Part shown: in pieces, positions 1 to 13,824 of the stretch
How the letters are laid out: each line of letters opens with the position of its first letter
How positions within the stretch are numbered: position 1 is the stretch's first letter
Assembly (NCBI GenBank): GCA_036785375.1
Contig: JAWMAR010000006.1
Coordinates: 6,696,001 to 6,760,000, forward strand
DNA length: 64,000 nt
From: Leucoraja ocellata
Lineage: Eukaryota
Direction of reading: 5' to 3'
Position numbers and translations under genes: made by a program
The notes under the pieces: model-generated
Seen by the model: the letters and a program-made list of their open reading frames with translations, nothing else
Database searches by the model: none
Told to the model about the DNA's origin: nothing

Positions 1-3000
1 TGCCTGTGTCTGCGCTGCATTTCGAAGCGAAGCTATTGTCAATAAGATTAACAGTACATGGCGAGTGATCTCAAGGACACCTTATTAGACTGGGAGCAAA
101 CTATTATCATTTTGCACAGATACTAGCGAAGCTACTTTTGGAATGTCACATCAGTATTAAACATCCATCTTCAAGATGAGAATACAAAGAGGAAACTACA
201 GGATAATAGGATTTTTGAACTGGTGATTGCAAAGCATGAAGGGGGACTAACAGGTCCAAACTAGCTTTTTACTGACAAAACACTTTTAAAAACAAAGGTT
301 TTACAATTTGCAAAGTAAAATGATTGAATGTGATGCATGAATTATAATTAATTTTGGTAATGACATGGTAAGCAGGTGTATAAAATGAACAAGTTCAAAT
401 TCCTAAAGCATTGCAGGATTGAAGATATTGTCCCGATGTACTGAAACTACTGATTAAGCTGATAGTCTCTGGGAGCTTGTCATTCTTTAATATTAGTGTT
501 CCTGCCAAGGAATGGGTTGTCTAGTGCCAACTCAAAGATCAACTTTAAATCTATCCTGTAACTGAGCGGAAATAAATCAACAGCAGCAAGTTAGGTGTAC
601 TCTACAAAAGTTTCCTTCATTTTATGCCTTCATCTGGATCAACTTTTTGAAGCATTGGGATATCTTCCAGTTACATCAAAGATCATTTGCTGTCTTATGC
701 TTAGACATGCAAATCTCCTTCCCAGTTATGCAAAGAATTGCTGTACTCAACAAAACTGCTGTGGTAATGTTCACAATTTGGTTAATTTTGCAAATTTCTC
801 TAAACAATACATCTTAAATGTATTTAGTTGTGAACATAGCAGAGCATCTTAGAGAAATAAACTCAAGCCCACTGGTAAATGTTTATGGGCATCTCGAAAT
901 CCCAGGAATGGCCACGTGTGAGCAAGGTGCTCTGCGCATCTCCATTGCTGTGTGTTTCAGCTGTGTCAGTGTGGTTGCTGTAAGGCAAGAGGAAAAACTA
1001 GCATAAGGTCTTATTCAAGAGTGCACAAAGGCTGACTGTTGAGCAGAACATTCTGGTCTCTGGATGTACTGTACAGGATTATAATGAATTTATATATCAT
1101 TGATTAACTTATTGAATAAAACAAATCATCAAAAATTCCAGTGCACAACCTAGTCAATCGAGCCATCACAAACACTAATATTTTACTCAGCATGGGGCAC
1201 CAACTCAAATTCTACTTTTACACGTATTTCCCTTTCCTGTGCATCTTTGACAAGTAATTATCTGATTCATGGATTACATAACAGTGAAAACACACTTACA
1301 TTTAATTTCTAAACCAATGTTATTTTCTCACTTTCCTACAACTCCCCTTTGTGCTTATCTGAATTGTTTGCCACATACAGAATAATTCTTCAATATTTCA
1401 AGTTTTTCACCTTCAATATTTTCCGATTTTATTAAATATTTTTAGCATTTAAATCAATTGCAGAGAAATTTGTATTTTAACTCTGGGACCCACAGAACCA
1501 ATAGTGCCTTAACATCCCAAGTTCATCAACACAGTTATGGTCTCCAATGTTAAAAGGGAAGATCATCTCCATCAGGGTGGGACAACACAATCTGATTGCC
1601 CTGAAAAATTAAAAAACGGCAGATGCTGGAGGTTTAAAATAAAATCAGAACATGCTAGAAGTATTCAGCGGGTTAAGCAGCACCTGTGGAGGCAGAAATA
1701 GAGTTAATGTTTCCAGTCTGAAACATGACTGTTTTTCTTTCCACAGATGTTGCCTGACATGGATGATCAGCCATGATCATATTGAATAACAGTGCAGGCT
1801 CGAAGGGCCAAATGTTCTACTCCTGCACCTGTTTTCTATGTTTCTATGATCTGTTGAGTTTTTCCAACATTCTCTGGTTGTCCTGATGTTGTTAACATTT
1901 ACAGAATACCTTAATATTCTACATTCTGTGCAGTTATCTCAAGGCCGCTTAAGCGACCAGGCAAAAAGATTGTCCAGTTTGCTGCTTATTGCCTGTGTGA
2001 ATTGCTGTACAATTCGCCAACATTGCAACAATGACTGTACTTTAAAAGTAACTCATTGGAAGTGCAGGGTTTGCTGAGGACATAATCAAGTGATAATGAA
2101 AGTTTCATTTCTCCCTATCTTCATGGGCATGGTCCATATAATTTTCCTGAAAGTTGCAACCAGAACTGAACACTGTGTAATCGTCAGCAGAAATATCCAC
2201 GGGACTTCATGGATGGACGGAAGGTTATTGAGGAAGCAACGAGTTTACGAGTAGAATACAACTCTGGGAAACTCTGGCAATGATTTCCTGGGCCTCCAAC
2301 ACAAAATGCCTCTTATGGTTTGTTACTGGAGGGAAGTAATTGAGTGGTTCTCAGCTGCAGCTTCAAATAGCAGAGACTGATCACTGCATGACTCTTCCAT
2401 ATCAAGGTAGAAAAGATCATTTCAGATCATTGACTTCCTAAATGTCATTATGTTTGTTCAAAACAAACTATTTTACATTTCAACAGACTGTGTACACATG
2501 AATGCAACATCTTGGCTGTTGCGCTGAAAACTTGTGTAATTCAGAATTATAAATGCCTCTTGCCAAGTGGGTCTAATAAAGCTGCAACATTAACATTTTT
2601 TGGACAAAGTGAAACATTTTCCAGGTATGTATCCTCCATTAAAAATGGTACAAATTCAGTGCAACTAATTATTGACTCATGGATGTACTTTCAACTATCA
2701 ATAAACTATGGATGGCTTTGACTGAGCAAACAAGTGGCACTATTTCACCACAACCTGCTCAGCGGGACTGTTCAATTCCAAGTCAAATAATGATTTTGGG
2801 CCAAACATTGTGAAAGTCTGAATTCCAGAGGTGGCGTGCGAGTGGCTGCCCTTGACATCAAAGCAGTATTTGGCAAAATTTCTGATATCAACTGTATTTA
2901 AAGCCAACATGGATGAGTAGCCTGGACTATAATGCAGGATAAATTTGTCTGCATGCGTGGAAGGCCATCTATCTGTTGATCATTCCCTTAAACATCAAAT

Positions 3001-3739
3001 ACTTATGCTGTTGTTAATTTGACATTCAGAAAAAAGAGGAAAATTGTGTTTTGCAACATCGTACGTGGCAAGGAATAAAGTGGAACCATAGATCATGGCA
3101 GCTTTGAGATACAGTAGAGTGAATCTTTGTTATTACACAGAGGTCTGTTCCTTCGTTTCTCTTCCCATAGATGTGGCCTGACCCGCTGATTGGTTCTAGC
3201 ATTTTATGTTTCTGTTTTAGACAATGGAACATTATCTCCACAAGGACAACGTGGATGTCATCGCTGCTAATCCTGTGGCTGAAGGAAGCATGAGGTACCT
3301 TTGCTCAGGTTTGCTTGCTTGTGTTTAACCTGTTAACATGAGATTTCATGAAGTTCAATGACAGTGGAACTCCTTGTGGCACTCCTTCAGGGCTGTGTAT
3401 AACTGCGACATCACCTGCAGTAGGTCTGTCTGCATGAAACAGTATCCACCCAGTATGAATGTCAGACTAGTTCAGAAAGTTGGCTGGGAGTTGTGATATC
3501 TTTGAGATATGAAGTGACGGCAGCAGTCATAGCCCTTTAACCAAATATCACCCGGCTCTTCACAAGATGAAAAATAGCTTGCGAGAATTCATTTTGTATC
3601 ATATTCTTTCTCATAAAATGCATGAAGCACACATCTTTTGTTTCATATTCACCATCAACATTGTTCACTTCCACTGGTTCTTCATTTTCACCAAAAATTA
3701 CATTGGAATAATGCACGCACTCTTTCTCTTCTTAGACTG

Positions 3740-4630
3740 TCCCTAGGGGCAGTGAATGACTTGCTTCCACTCTTGCTTTGTAGAATGTGACATGGCTCTT
3801 GAGCCCAGTGTCAGGACCATTGGCTTTGCCACAGAAGGGATAGGAGCTGGTTGATGGAGCCAATGAGTGGAGCATTTGTGAGGCACCTTCTGCTCCTGCA
3901 GGGCTTCTATGTGCTCCTCCTCCATTGAGTGGTTATGGCCCAGAGCTTCCCAGCAGTGGCATTTCTAGAGAGGATGTTGCATTTTTTAAAAGAGGCTTTG
4001 ATCACATCCATGAATCCTTTTCACTATCTGACTGATAATCTCCCATGAGGGAGCTCAGGTAATTGAGAGGCAGGCTTTGGAAATCTGATGGCAGGCATGT
4101 GAACAATCTAGTCTGCCCAACTTAGTGGAATGACAGTAACCAGAACCTCAATGCTGGTAATGGTGGTCAAGGTGAAGACATCGATTTCCATGTCTTTCCA
4201 GTGAATTTAGAGGATGTTACAAGGACAGCATTGGTGATATTTTTCCTTGAAGTGGTTGCTGTGTGTAGGCCTTCTCAGGAGCCTGCAAAGCATTAGGAAT
4301 CACTGGCGATCTGTGTGTTTCGTGCTAGATCTGAGATCTTAATCTACAAAAACCTTTTTACTCAATTGACCATAGAATGTGCTTGAAGGTGGCTTCATTG
4401 TCAAAACCCCTTGAAGGTGGTTTCATTGTCAAAACCCCACTTTGCCTAGAGGTATGGAAAGTGGTCCATGTTTACCAGGCTCTCACTATTAACTTTTCCA
4501 ATAGGAAGGAAACATGGTGCAGGAGGGACAAGTTGGTAAGGGACATCGTTGAGTGTAACTCTCATACTTCAGTGATCACACAGAAACAGGTTGGGGTAGA
4601 GATTAGTCCATTTGGATGTGCAAAACAAAG
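3740..4630 (-). mobile_element. Degenerate RTE-clade LINE
   Basis: - strand reads LSWAD*IVHMPAIRFPKP...KGFMDVIKASFKKC, resembling the RTE motif LRWAGHVxRMPDxRLPK...KRFKDxLKxSLK. Confidence 0.7.
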
Positions 4631-5400
4631 TTCAAATTAATAAAGTTAAGTTCTAAGAAATAAAGAACCTTCGACCTGGAACGTTAACTCCGGTTCCCTT
4701 TTCACAACTGTCGACTGAACTATGAAGTGCTTTCTTCATTTCCTGTATATGCTGCATAAATGTATACAGTTCCATTAATGTCATGAAACTTGCAAGTATA
4801 TGCCTAATAGTAAGAAAAATGTGCCAGATCAGGGAGTAGGAAATTGAAGATGACGCCAAATACTTAGTCTTTAATAGATCTGAGGCTTTTTAAAGGTAGA
4901 GGGATGCAAGAAAGGAGATGCAAAAAGTAGACATGAGGTGCTGACGCATTGCCATGTATAAGCTTCTTAAAATTGAAGGTAAACATCAAAACCTCATTTT
5001 CAAAGCAAAAGTGGATGAATTAGTCAGATACTGGATGTTGGCTAAGAACTGACTTTTGCAAATTGCTTCCATTCTTGGGAAAAATAAAATGATTTAAAAT
5101 AAAATATAAAACTGTACTGAAATGCAGTACTGTTGTGGCAGAACCACTATTATTAAAATTATTAAATTATTAATGTAAAGATGAACTTCCCTTGTCCACC
5201 AGATCTTTACCTTGCCTTAAAATGACATTCACAGGTTCTTGCGGTTACTTGGCTCCATCTTAAGTGCACAGTTTGGCTTTCATCCATGCCAACTCAGAGC
5301 ATTTCATTCCTCACTAATTGTCTCACATTCCCATCACCTCCATCCCTCATCCACACACTAAGGGAAATTTACCATGGCCAATTAACCTACAAACCTGCAC

Positions 5401-5697
5401 ATAGAAAAATAGGTGCAGGAGTAGGCCAGTTGGCCCTTTGAGCCAGCACAGCCATTCAATATGATCATGGCTGATCATCTAAAATCAGTACCCTATTCCA
5501 GCTTTTTCCCCATATCCCTTGAATCCTTTAGCCCTAATAGCTAACTCACTCTTGAAAACATCCAGTGAATTGGCCTCTACTGCCTTCTGTGGCAGAGAAT
5601 TCCACAGATTCATAACGCTCTGGGTAAAAAAAATGGTTCCTCATCTCAGTCCTAAATGGCTACCCCTTATTCTTAAACTGTGACCTCTGGTTCTGGA
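5401..5697 (-). mobile_element. CR1 LINE 3' fragment interrupting a V-SINE
   Basis: Reverse complement of the CR1 3' end (ATAGAAAAATAGGTGCAGGAG...); V-SINE halves at ~5310-5400 and ~5700-5840. Confidence 0.85.
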
Positions 5698-8600
5698 ATA
5701 TTTGGGATATGGAAGGAAGTCAAACCCCCCTTGGGATACCTACTTGATCACAAGGAGAATGTACAAACTCCCAACATCCTGGTCAGGATTAACCAGGGAT
5801 TCTGGAGGTGTGAGGCAGCAGCTCCTCCAGCTGTGGCACCACATTAATATGTAAGGCTTTGTACTCTGATGTAACTGGCATCCTGTTGCATTTTTCACTT
5901 ATGACCACACAGAGTGTTAATTAACATGATTGCAAATGGAATCATTCATAACTTCTGCTTTCTTTGGTTATCCAGTTCGAGGGGAGAGATGGAAGGTGAG
6001 TCATGGTGAGTTGCTGCAGTACAGATGCAGAGCGAGAGAAAGTAGCGGATGGAGTGCCTATCTAGTGGACTGCTGTGTCTTGTATAATGTCTAGCTTCTT
6101 CAGTGCTGTTGATGTTGCACTCATCTAGGTAAGTGAAGAATATCCCATCACACTCCTGAGTTGAGCCTTGCAGATGGTGGATAGGGTTGGGGAGTTACGA
6201 TTTACTTTTTACACTTCTCCTAGCATTTGACCTGGTCTTGCAACCGCAATATGTATATGACTACTCCAGTTCAGTTTCCTGTAAATTGTAACCCCCAAAA
6301 TATTAATACTAATTCAATGATAGTAATGCCATGGAATGTCAGGGGGTGATAACTGGATTTTCTTTTGATGGACATTTGCATTGCATGACACATATGTGCC
6401 GTGAATATTACTTGAATATTATGCACATAACTTTGTGCCAGTGAATATTTCCAGGTCGTGGTAAAGGAATTTTGCCACCCAAAAATTGCCACCCATTTTG
6501 ACACCCCCCCCCCCCCCCCCCCCCCCCGCCGGGTTTGTACTCTGGGTTTTTGCTATGTTTCTGCCAACAGTTCAGAGAAAACCACAGAAGGAACATCAAT
6601 GTTCATTTTACCCTTTCATCTCTTTCTACTTCTAGTCATAAACGAATATTCATTTCTTATATCATTTACTGATAACCATATATCAGCCACATTATTTTAT
6701 TTCATACAAATGGGCAGATTAAAAAAAAAACCTTTGTACTGGATTATTCATCCAGACATCAAGATGAATAATCCAATTCAAATTTTCCTGCTACAATTAA
6801 AAAAGTTTGAATTCACTTTTATAAAAGATTGATACAATTTGGGGTGGCTATGAGATGTATTAGTTTGCTGTAAGATCTAAACAGGTTTACTGCTTCGTGA
6901 TGTAAAATACACAAGGGATTGACTACAAACAGTATTCTACCTGTGCAAAACCTAAATCAAAAGGCATTGTAGATGATTTGATTGATGATTTGCCTGAAAC
7001 ATTAGATTTCTTTAATAAATCTGTGCTTTCCTGACATCAGTATTAGAAGATATTATCCTTTTAAAGCCTATCCAGTAAGGACTATATACAAAGGTTCATT
7101 ACATGTAGGAAGCTACATATGTGTCACTGAATTATATAGACTGAAAATTCAGATTTAATCCTGGGATTCTTTTACTCATCTTTCAAAAAAAAAAGGGCCA
7201 TCCCAAAATCTTTCATGAACAGTTATGTCATTATTGCAAATGTAGTAAGTGCAGAACCAATTTCTGAACAACGAAGTATCCCTGATTGGTTTTATGGCAA
7301 ATAGGACCTGGGTCGGCTTCCAAAGATAACTCTTTCAGAAACACCCTGGATATTATGGGCTGAAACCTCTGATTCAAATGAAAATTTAAAAAAAGCTGGA
7401 GACACTCAGCAGGTCAGGCAATATCTATTGAAAGAGAAACATAGTTAACCTTAACTATGTTTAACTTTCCACAGATGTCGCTGAACCTGCTGAGTGTTGC
7501 CAACATATTCTTCTTTTATTTCATATTTCTGGCTGATAACTAACCCTTCCAGTTTGTTTTAGATTTCAGGAAATTATGTAAAAGAAAATACGCCCCTCGG
7601 ATATTGGCTACTTATTGACACAATTCGTTCACAAATAAACAGAAACACAGATTATTGACGTCATGTCAACTCTTGCGACGTTTGTGATAGAAAATAGAAC
7701 TAGATGATCCCTGATGTATTTCATAGACGTTCTGTTACTGAGTTTAACAACATGGCTTTGAGACCGTAAATTTCAGAGGATGCTTAAACATATCTTTGAG
7801 ATGGTTAATCAGTTAATGACAGTATAGTAATTACACGGCAAGTGTCAGTAATGGAAGCATTCGCTTTTGCTCCAAGGAGAATGTGAGACTGAGGATTCCA
7901 AATTCACCCGATTTCGTTTGAATCGACAGATTACATTGTAATGCAAACCTCCGTCTCTCGTTATCTTTGGGTGATACAAAATGCATTTATCGGTATGAAG
8001 TAAAGACGACAATGTTCACGTACCTGGCAACTCTTGCCTTTCGCTGCATCCCTGCATGCAATACCACTGCCATAATAAACTGGTGTGTATACCGGCGATG
8101 GACGCAGCTTCCTCTTCTTTAAGACGGACATATTTACCTATAGAAACGGCGTCGCATTAAGATTCCTAGGTCTCTCCCAGAGACGTTAGTGATTTGGAAA
8201 AAAAACAGCAAGGTGTCTCTCGTATTGAATTTACCCACCTTGGTTCAAATGTAATGGGTTTTTAGCAATAACAAAAATACAATGTTGCGCCAGATTTAAT
8301 AACCATTCACAAGCAAAGCTACGGTACTGCAGACACTTTTACTGCTACATTTAACCTTGGACAGATCAATCAATGATTGCGCCCCATAGAGTGATGTGAG
8401 TTTAAGATCGGACACCCGATTCTAAATCGTAGCGAGTAATGAAACCGATTTTAAACCGCCCATTACATTCGTTGCGAGTCACAGTACCATGCATTCAGTT
8501 CACAGACGTTAAAAAACTGCTTGGAAATTCACTTGCCGGAGACCGAATAGGAAACGCGCCTCACTCTGACTCACGTTCCAAAGTTTATCGGGATCGGTGT

Positions 8601-8842
8601 GCTGAACTTAAAACACAAACTCGCAAAACTATTCGACGTGTCAGCAAATTGTTTACTGACATTAAAAACGTGTGAACGGTAACACTCCCACGGGCATCTA
8701 ACTCCAGTTTTCACGTTTCCCAATGCACGATATTTACATGAAATTTCTAAATTCTAGATCAAGTTTCTTAGTGACTGTTTCTACCAGCGGTCTGCGGACT
8801 GACTTCCCATCATTTCACTGCTTAATTTGTTGAAAAGGTTAC

Positions 8843-9012
8843 CTGTATTTGTCGAACTTTGCGAATTGAAGCCACTCTGCTCGGTCACTTTTATACGATT
8901 CCATCAGAGTTTGCACCTCTTCCACGTTGACTTTGTCACTGGAGAATATGTCATGAAGTTCTCTGATCAGATCATCCAGACTCTCGGGAACGTGGATCTC
9001 CGTTTGGTTCAT
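8843..9012 (-). CDS. cdo1: Cysteine dioxygenase 1, coding exon 1 (partial gene)
   Basis: Translates MNQTEIHVPESLDDLIRELHDIFSSDKVNVEEVQTLMESYKSDRAEWLQFAKFDKY(R), matching the vertebrate CDO1 N-terminus (MEQTEVLKPRTLADLIRILHQLFAGDEVNVEEVQAIMEAYESDPTEWAMYAKFDQYR). The 170-bp exon ends at a GTAA donor. Exon 2 (YTRNLVD...) was not found in 1-8842. Confidence 0.93.
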
Positions 9013-9102
9013 GTCGTTGCCCACTTGATCCCTGCTCTCGACGAACTAAAGTTCGGCGGATCTGGCAAAATAAAGTAAAAATGATGTCGGGCAGCAGGAA
9101 AG

Positions 9103-9245
9103 TTTATAAACAGCCTGTAGAAAAACGTGGGCGGTCTTTGTGGCAGAGGGAGGAGCTGTAAGGAATGAAAGTGACACGAGTTAATCACCATATTACCACT
9201 GACAACAACTGACGCATGGACCCTGCATTGTGAGTCTATGACTCA
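9103..9245 (-). promoter_or_regulatory. cdo1 proximal promoter
   Basis: TATAAA on the - strand at 9103-9108, about 90 bp upstream of the ATG; GGGCGG at ~9129; TGACGCA at ~9210; TGACTCA (AP-1) at ~9239. CpG-enriched over ~7900-9250. Confidence 0.6.
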
Positions 9246-10287
9246 AAATATAAAGCAGCCTACTGGCTCGCTGATGCATGCATTGTAGCAAAGTAATCTT
9301 AAACTGTGCTAAAAACGCTTTGGATTTTTTTGTGTTGGAAGGAACTGCAGATGCTGGACACAAAGTGCTGGAGTAACTCAGCGGGTCAGGCAGCATCTCC
9401 AGGAAAAAAGAATAGGTGACGTTTCGGGTCGAGACCCTTCTTCGGTCATGTCGCTGTGACACTTGCATTTACAACAAGTTTTCAAGGACCGTGGTGAAAT
9501 ATTATAAATAATTTACATTCTCCAGGTTCTTGAGGTACATGGTGACGATGCACTCCACACGATGACACTCTATTAAAGATATTTCGCATGTTCTTTTACC
9601 GTGAAAGGATTGTGTGCTTCAGTTTCCCCCCAACTCTCTGCTTGGTTAATTAAAAAGGACATCAACAAGCTTCAGCACCTGGAATTTGGATTGTATTCAT
9701 TTCTGGCGCACTCAGTGCCGTGTACAACAAGAACATCCGCCAGTTATGCATGCAAAAACAAACCTCCCCATAAAATAGACCTAAAACATCTTCGTTTTAA
9801 ATCACGGGCTGATTTATACGCAGAATCGTTCATTAAGAAGGAATCTCGCTCCACTTTGTGCTCCCGAAATCACATTATGGCTGCTAGGGTAAGACAGAGG
9901 CTTCAAAGTGAGGTACAGAGTGTGCCTGGATTCAGTTAATGCGACACGAAGCATAACTGCACAATGTTTTCGCCAGTGGAGAAAGATGTCGGTGGAACAA
10001 TCTGGCCCTGCCTATTTGGGTGGGTTTAGAGAACAATTACATCGAGCCATGTCAGAAGTAACTTAATAAATTGATCAGCAATGTCAAGGTGACATAGGTT
10101 AATGCAAAAATACAAATCTTTCATGCCGACGTACATATATTCATACATACACACTTATTTGCATTTATTTACACTCACACAGGCTGCAACTTCATTTACA
10201 CTCTCCATTTTCTCCAATACAAACCCCACTCTGATCGCACCATTGCCAATCCACCCCTGGCATAATTCCTACATAGAGGCTAAGCAT

Positions 10288-10590
10288 GGGCGGCACAGTG
10301 GTGCAGCAGCAGAGTTGCTGCCTTACAGCACCAAATACCCAGGTTCATTCCTGGCCATGGGTGCTGTCTGTATGCATTTTGTAGGTTCTCCTTGTGACCG
10401 CGTGGGCTTTCTCCAGGTGCTCTGGTTTTCTCCCACAATCGAAAGACGTGCAGGTTTGTAGGTTAATAAGATTTTGGCAAATTGTCCCTAGCGTGTAGGA
10501 CAGAACTAGTGAGAAGGATGATCATGGTTGGCACGGACTCGGTTGGCCAAAGGGTCTATTTCCATGTTGCATCTCTGAACTAAACTAAAC
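10288..10590 (+). mobile_element. tRNA-derived V-SINE (HE1-like), full length
   Basis: GGGCGGCACAGTGGTGCAGC A box, GGTTCATTCC B box, V-domain (GTGGGCTTTCTCCAGGTGCTCTGGTTTTCTCCCAC), (TAAAC)n tail. Confidence 0.88.
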
Positions 10591-11325
10591 AGATGCTGGT
10601 TCACAAAAAAATGCTGAATTTCTCAGCAGATCAGTCAACATCACTAGAGTACATGGATAGGCAATGTTTCAGTATAATGTATTGAAATGTCACCTAGCCA
10701 TGTTCTCTATATATGCTGCCTGACCCCCTGGGTTACTCCTACGCGTTGTGTCTTATTTGTGTCCTTTCCATCCCTTTTTAATCCAGGGAGGGCAGCTGCT
10801 CTGTAGCCAAATCCTGCCACCTCAACTTCCCATGAGAGGGCCAGTGCTTCTTTTGAGAATGTGATGACATCACTCGGACTGAGGGGCAGACGACCATCTC
10901 GTCCTGGCGACGATCTCCCCTCTGATCTGATCAGTGGGTCCTCGTTGCCATTGACATTGTTACATCAACATGAAGCTCACCTGCGTAACTAGCCTCAGCC
11001 CCGTCCTTTCAGGGTCTAGAAGCAGTCCAGTCTGTCTCCAAATGGACCTGAGCAGAATAATCGATGGAAGGAACGGAGGAGCAGGAAGTGGAAGATAGGA
11101 ATGATGATGCCCACACTGTGTCAATGTGCCCGAAACACTAGCCCGCTCTCCAATCTTTGCCATCTGAGCCTTCGCCACATGGCAATGTGAATAAACCTGT
11201 TGTCACTGTTAAACTATTATTCAGACCACCTACATTCCCATCAAAGTTATTTTCAGTATTTATATTACAAACAACATAAATTGGATCCCAGCACCAATTC
11301 CTGTGGAACACCATTTATAATATCA

Positions 11326-11818
11326 CTAGACCAAATGGGACCCGTTGGGTCCCGTCCACCAACGCGGGGGGGGGGGGGGTCTAGCGGGAGGGGGAGGGGT
11401 AGAGAGGGAGAGGGTAGAGGGGGACGGGGTAGAGAAGGAGGGGGAGGGGTAGAGAGGGAGAGGGGCAGAGAGGGAGCCAGCTTGAGAGGCCATTGTTACC
11501 GTTGGCAACATCCCATTGTGATGTGATTGTGACAGTTGGCAGGCAGCTTGAGAGCCCATTGTGATTGGTGCACTGAGAGGCATTGTGACATCATCACAGG
11601 ACGCTCTCTGAGAAAGCGTTTTTTTTACTTTAAATCATGAATAACTTCAGAAATATAGGTCGGAATGCAACGGGAAGATGTTTATTGCTTCCACGGGGAA
11701 AATGTGAGTAGAATATGTGAAAATGGGAAGGCTGTGGCATAGTGTTTGGAAGAAGATAGGAAAAAGCAGAACAGAGTGACACATTGCCGGCACAAACAAC
11801 GAGTTTTAGTAATATAGA
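11326..11818 (-). mobile_element. Non-autonomous Helitron
   Basis: On the - strand it starts A|TCTATATTACTAAAACTC and ends with hairpin GGGACCCAACGGGTCCC, a short spacer and CTAG|T; inserted between A and T with no TSD. Confidence 0.8.
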
Positions 11819-13180
11819 TAAGACATAGGAGCAGAATGATAGATGATGTTTTGGGTTGGGACTCTTCTTCAAACTGAAAGGGATGAAGAATGGTAACTTT
11901 TTCATTCAGCTAGTCATTCAGCTCAACGAGTCTGCTCTGCTATTTAATCATGGCTGATCTAATTTTCCCTATCAACCTCATTCTCCTTCCTTCTCTCCCA
12001 TAACCTTTGATGCACTTACTAATCAAGAACCTATCAATCTCCACTTTAAAAATATCCAATGACTTGGCCTACACAACAGTCTGCCGCAATGAATTCCATA
12101 AATTCACCACCCTCTGGCAAAATAAATTCCTCTTCAAGTCAAGTCAAGTCAAGTCAAGTCAAGTCAAGTTTATTCGTCACATACACATACGAGATGTGCA
12201 GTGAAATGAAAAGTGGCAGTGCTCGTGGACTTTTGTGCAAAAAGACAAACAAACAAACAAACAACCAAACAAACTATAAACACAAAGGATCTTCCTCTTC
12301 ATTCTAAAGGCATGTCCCTTTATCTTGAGGCTTTGTCCTCTGGTCCTAGACTCTCCCACTACTGGAAACATCCTTTTCATATGCACTCTATCTTGGCCTT
12401 TATTTAGTAAGTTTCAATGAAAAACCTCTCATCCTTCCAGGGAGTATGGGTCCAGCATCATCAAATGCTCATCATACATTAATCTATCATCCCCAGGATC
12501 ATTTCTCATTATATTCTTCTGGACCCTCTCCAATGCCAGCGGATTCTTACTCAGATATTGGGCCCACGTACAGAATTCCAGCCAGAAAAAGTCCCAATAT
12601 CTTCATACAACTATAGCCCTCTATTTCAAGCAATATCCTGGTGGACCTCTTCTGCACTCTCATTGCAGCTACCACATGCTTCCTGGATTTTGCACAAAAC
12701 TCCAAATGTGGTCCAACAAAAGTTTTGTACAGCAGCAACATGATCTCCTGACTCTTAAACGCAATGCATTGTCTATGAAGTAAGCATACCACATTGCCTC
12801 CCTGCCCTATCCATCTGTGTCACCATTGTCAGGGATCAATGGACTTGTACTCCAAGATCTCTCTGCACATCAGCACTCCAAATATTCCTGCCATTTACTA
12901 TATATGTCCAACCTGAATTTGACTTCCCGAAGTGCCTTAACTCACACTAGTGTGGAACAAATTCCATCTACCACCGCTCTGCTCTACTCTTGAGCTCTTC
13001 TATACCCTGCTGTAGCCTTAGAAAACCACCTTCATTATCTACGACTCCACCAATTTCCCTGTTGTCACAAACCTACTAATCAGATCGCTTATCCCATCAT
13101 CTAAGTCATAGATATTGCAAAACAAATGTGCCAGCACAGATTCCTACAATCCACCACTTGTAACAGACTTCCAATCAGAA
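11819..13180 (-). mobile_element. Degenerate CR1 LINE fragments with a nested (TCAAG)n-tailed insertion
   Basis: - strand frames give FPVVGESRTRGQSLKIKG and LYKTFVGPHLEFC. The nested piece at ~12136-12291 is flanked by TTCCTCTTCA direct repeats. Confidence 0.8.
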
Positions 13181-13616
13181 AAAAAGTTCCCATTCTTCAT
13201 TCCTTTTCAGTTTGAAGAAGAGTCCCAACCCAAAACATCATCTATCATTTTTCTCCAGAGATGCTGCCTGACCCACTGAGTTACTACAGCACTCCAGTAT
13301 TAAATAGTTGTCAATGATGTGTTTGATGGGTCCCATTGCATGATTCTATGAGCATTTACTTGCCTGCAAAACAACTTGGGGTGACTTGCAGCAGGCAGGA
13401 AGACTTTGGATGATATTAGTGAAGGAGCCCATTCAGCAGTCATGCTCCAACCATGTCTTACTTGGTTCTATGCTTCACCTTCTTGATCCAGAATGCTGTG
13501 CCTATCAGATGGGTACATGCAGATCCAAGTAACTTTCCAAAGAAAATTGGATTGCAGTTTAAAAGTAAGGCACACAGAACAATGGGGGAAAGAAATCGGA
13601 GCAGAATTAATTGGTT

Positions 13617-13824
13617 AGAAGAAACTGCAGATGCTGGTCTAAACCGAAGCAAGACACAAAAAGCTGGAGTAACTCAGCGGGATAGGCAGCATCTCTGGGG
13701 AGAAGGAATGGGTAACATTTCGGGTTTAGACTGAAGAAAGGTCTTGACCCGAAACGTTACCCATTCCTTCTTTCCAGAGATGCTGTCTGTCTCGCTGAGT
13801 TACTCCAGCTTTTGTGTCTATCTT
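13617..13824. mobile_element. Palindromic (tail-to-tail) Penelope-derived element with a hammerhead core
   Basis: About 70-bp inverted arms around CTGAAGA...CCCGAAACGTT (13731-13758); AGAATTAATT(G/A)GT repeated on both flanks. Confidence 0.75.

Noticed and set aside
5181-5215. - strand LVDKG, resembling cdo1 exon 2 (YTRNLVDxGNGKFN)
   Set aside because: No YTRN or NGKFNLM context, no suitable splice sites, and an early stop; chance match.
9013-9024. ORF-track extension MGND upstream of the cdo1 ATG
   Set aside because: It starts at a GTG; homology supports the ATG at 9012.
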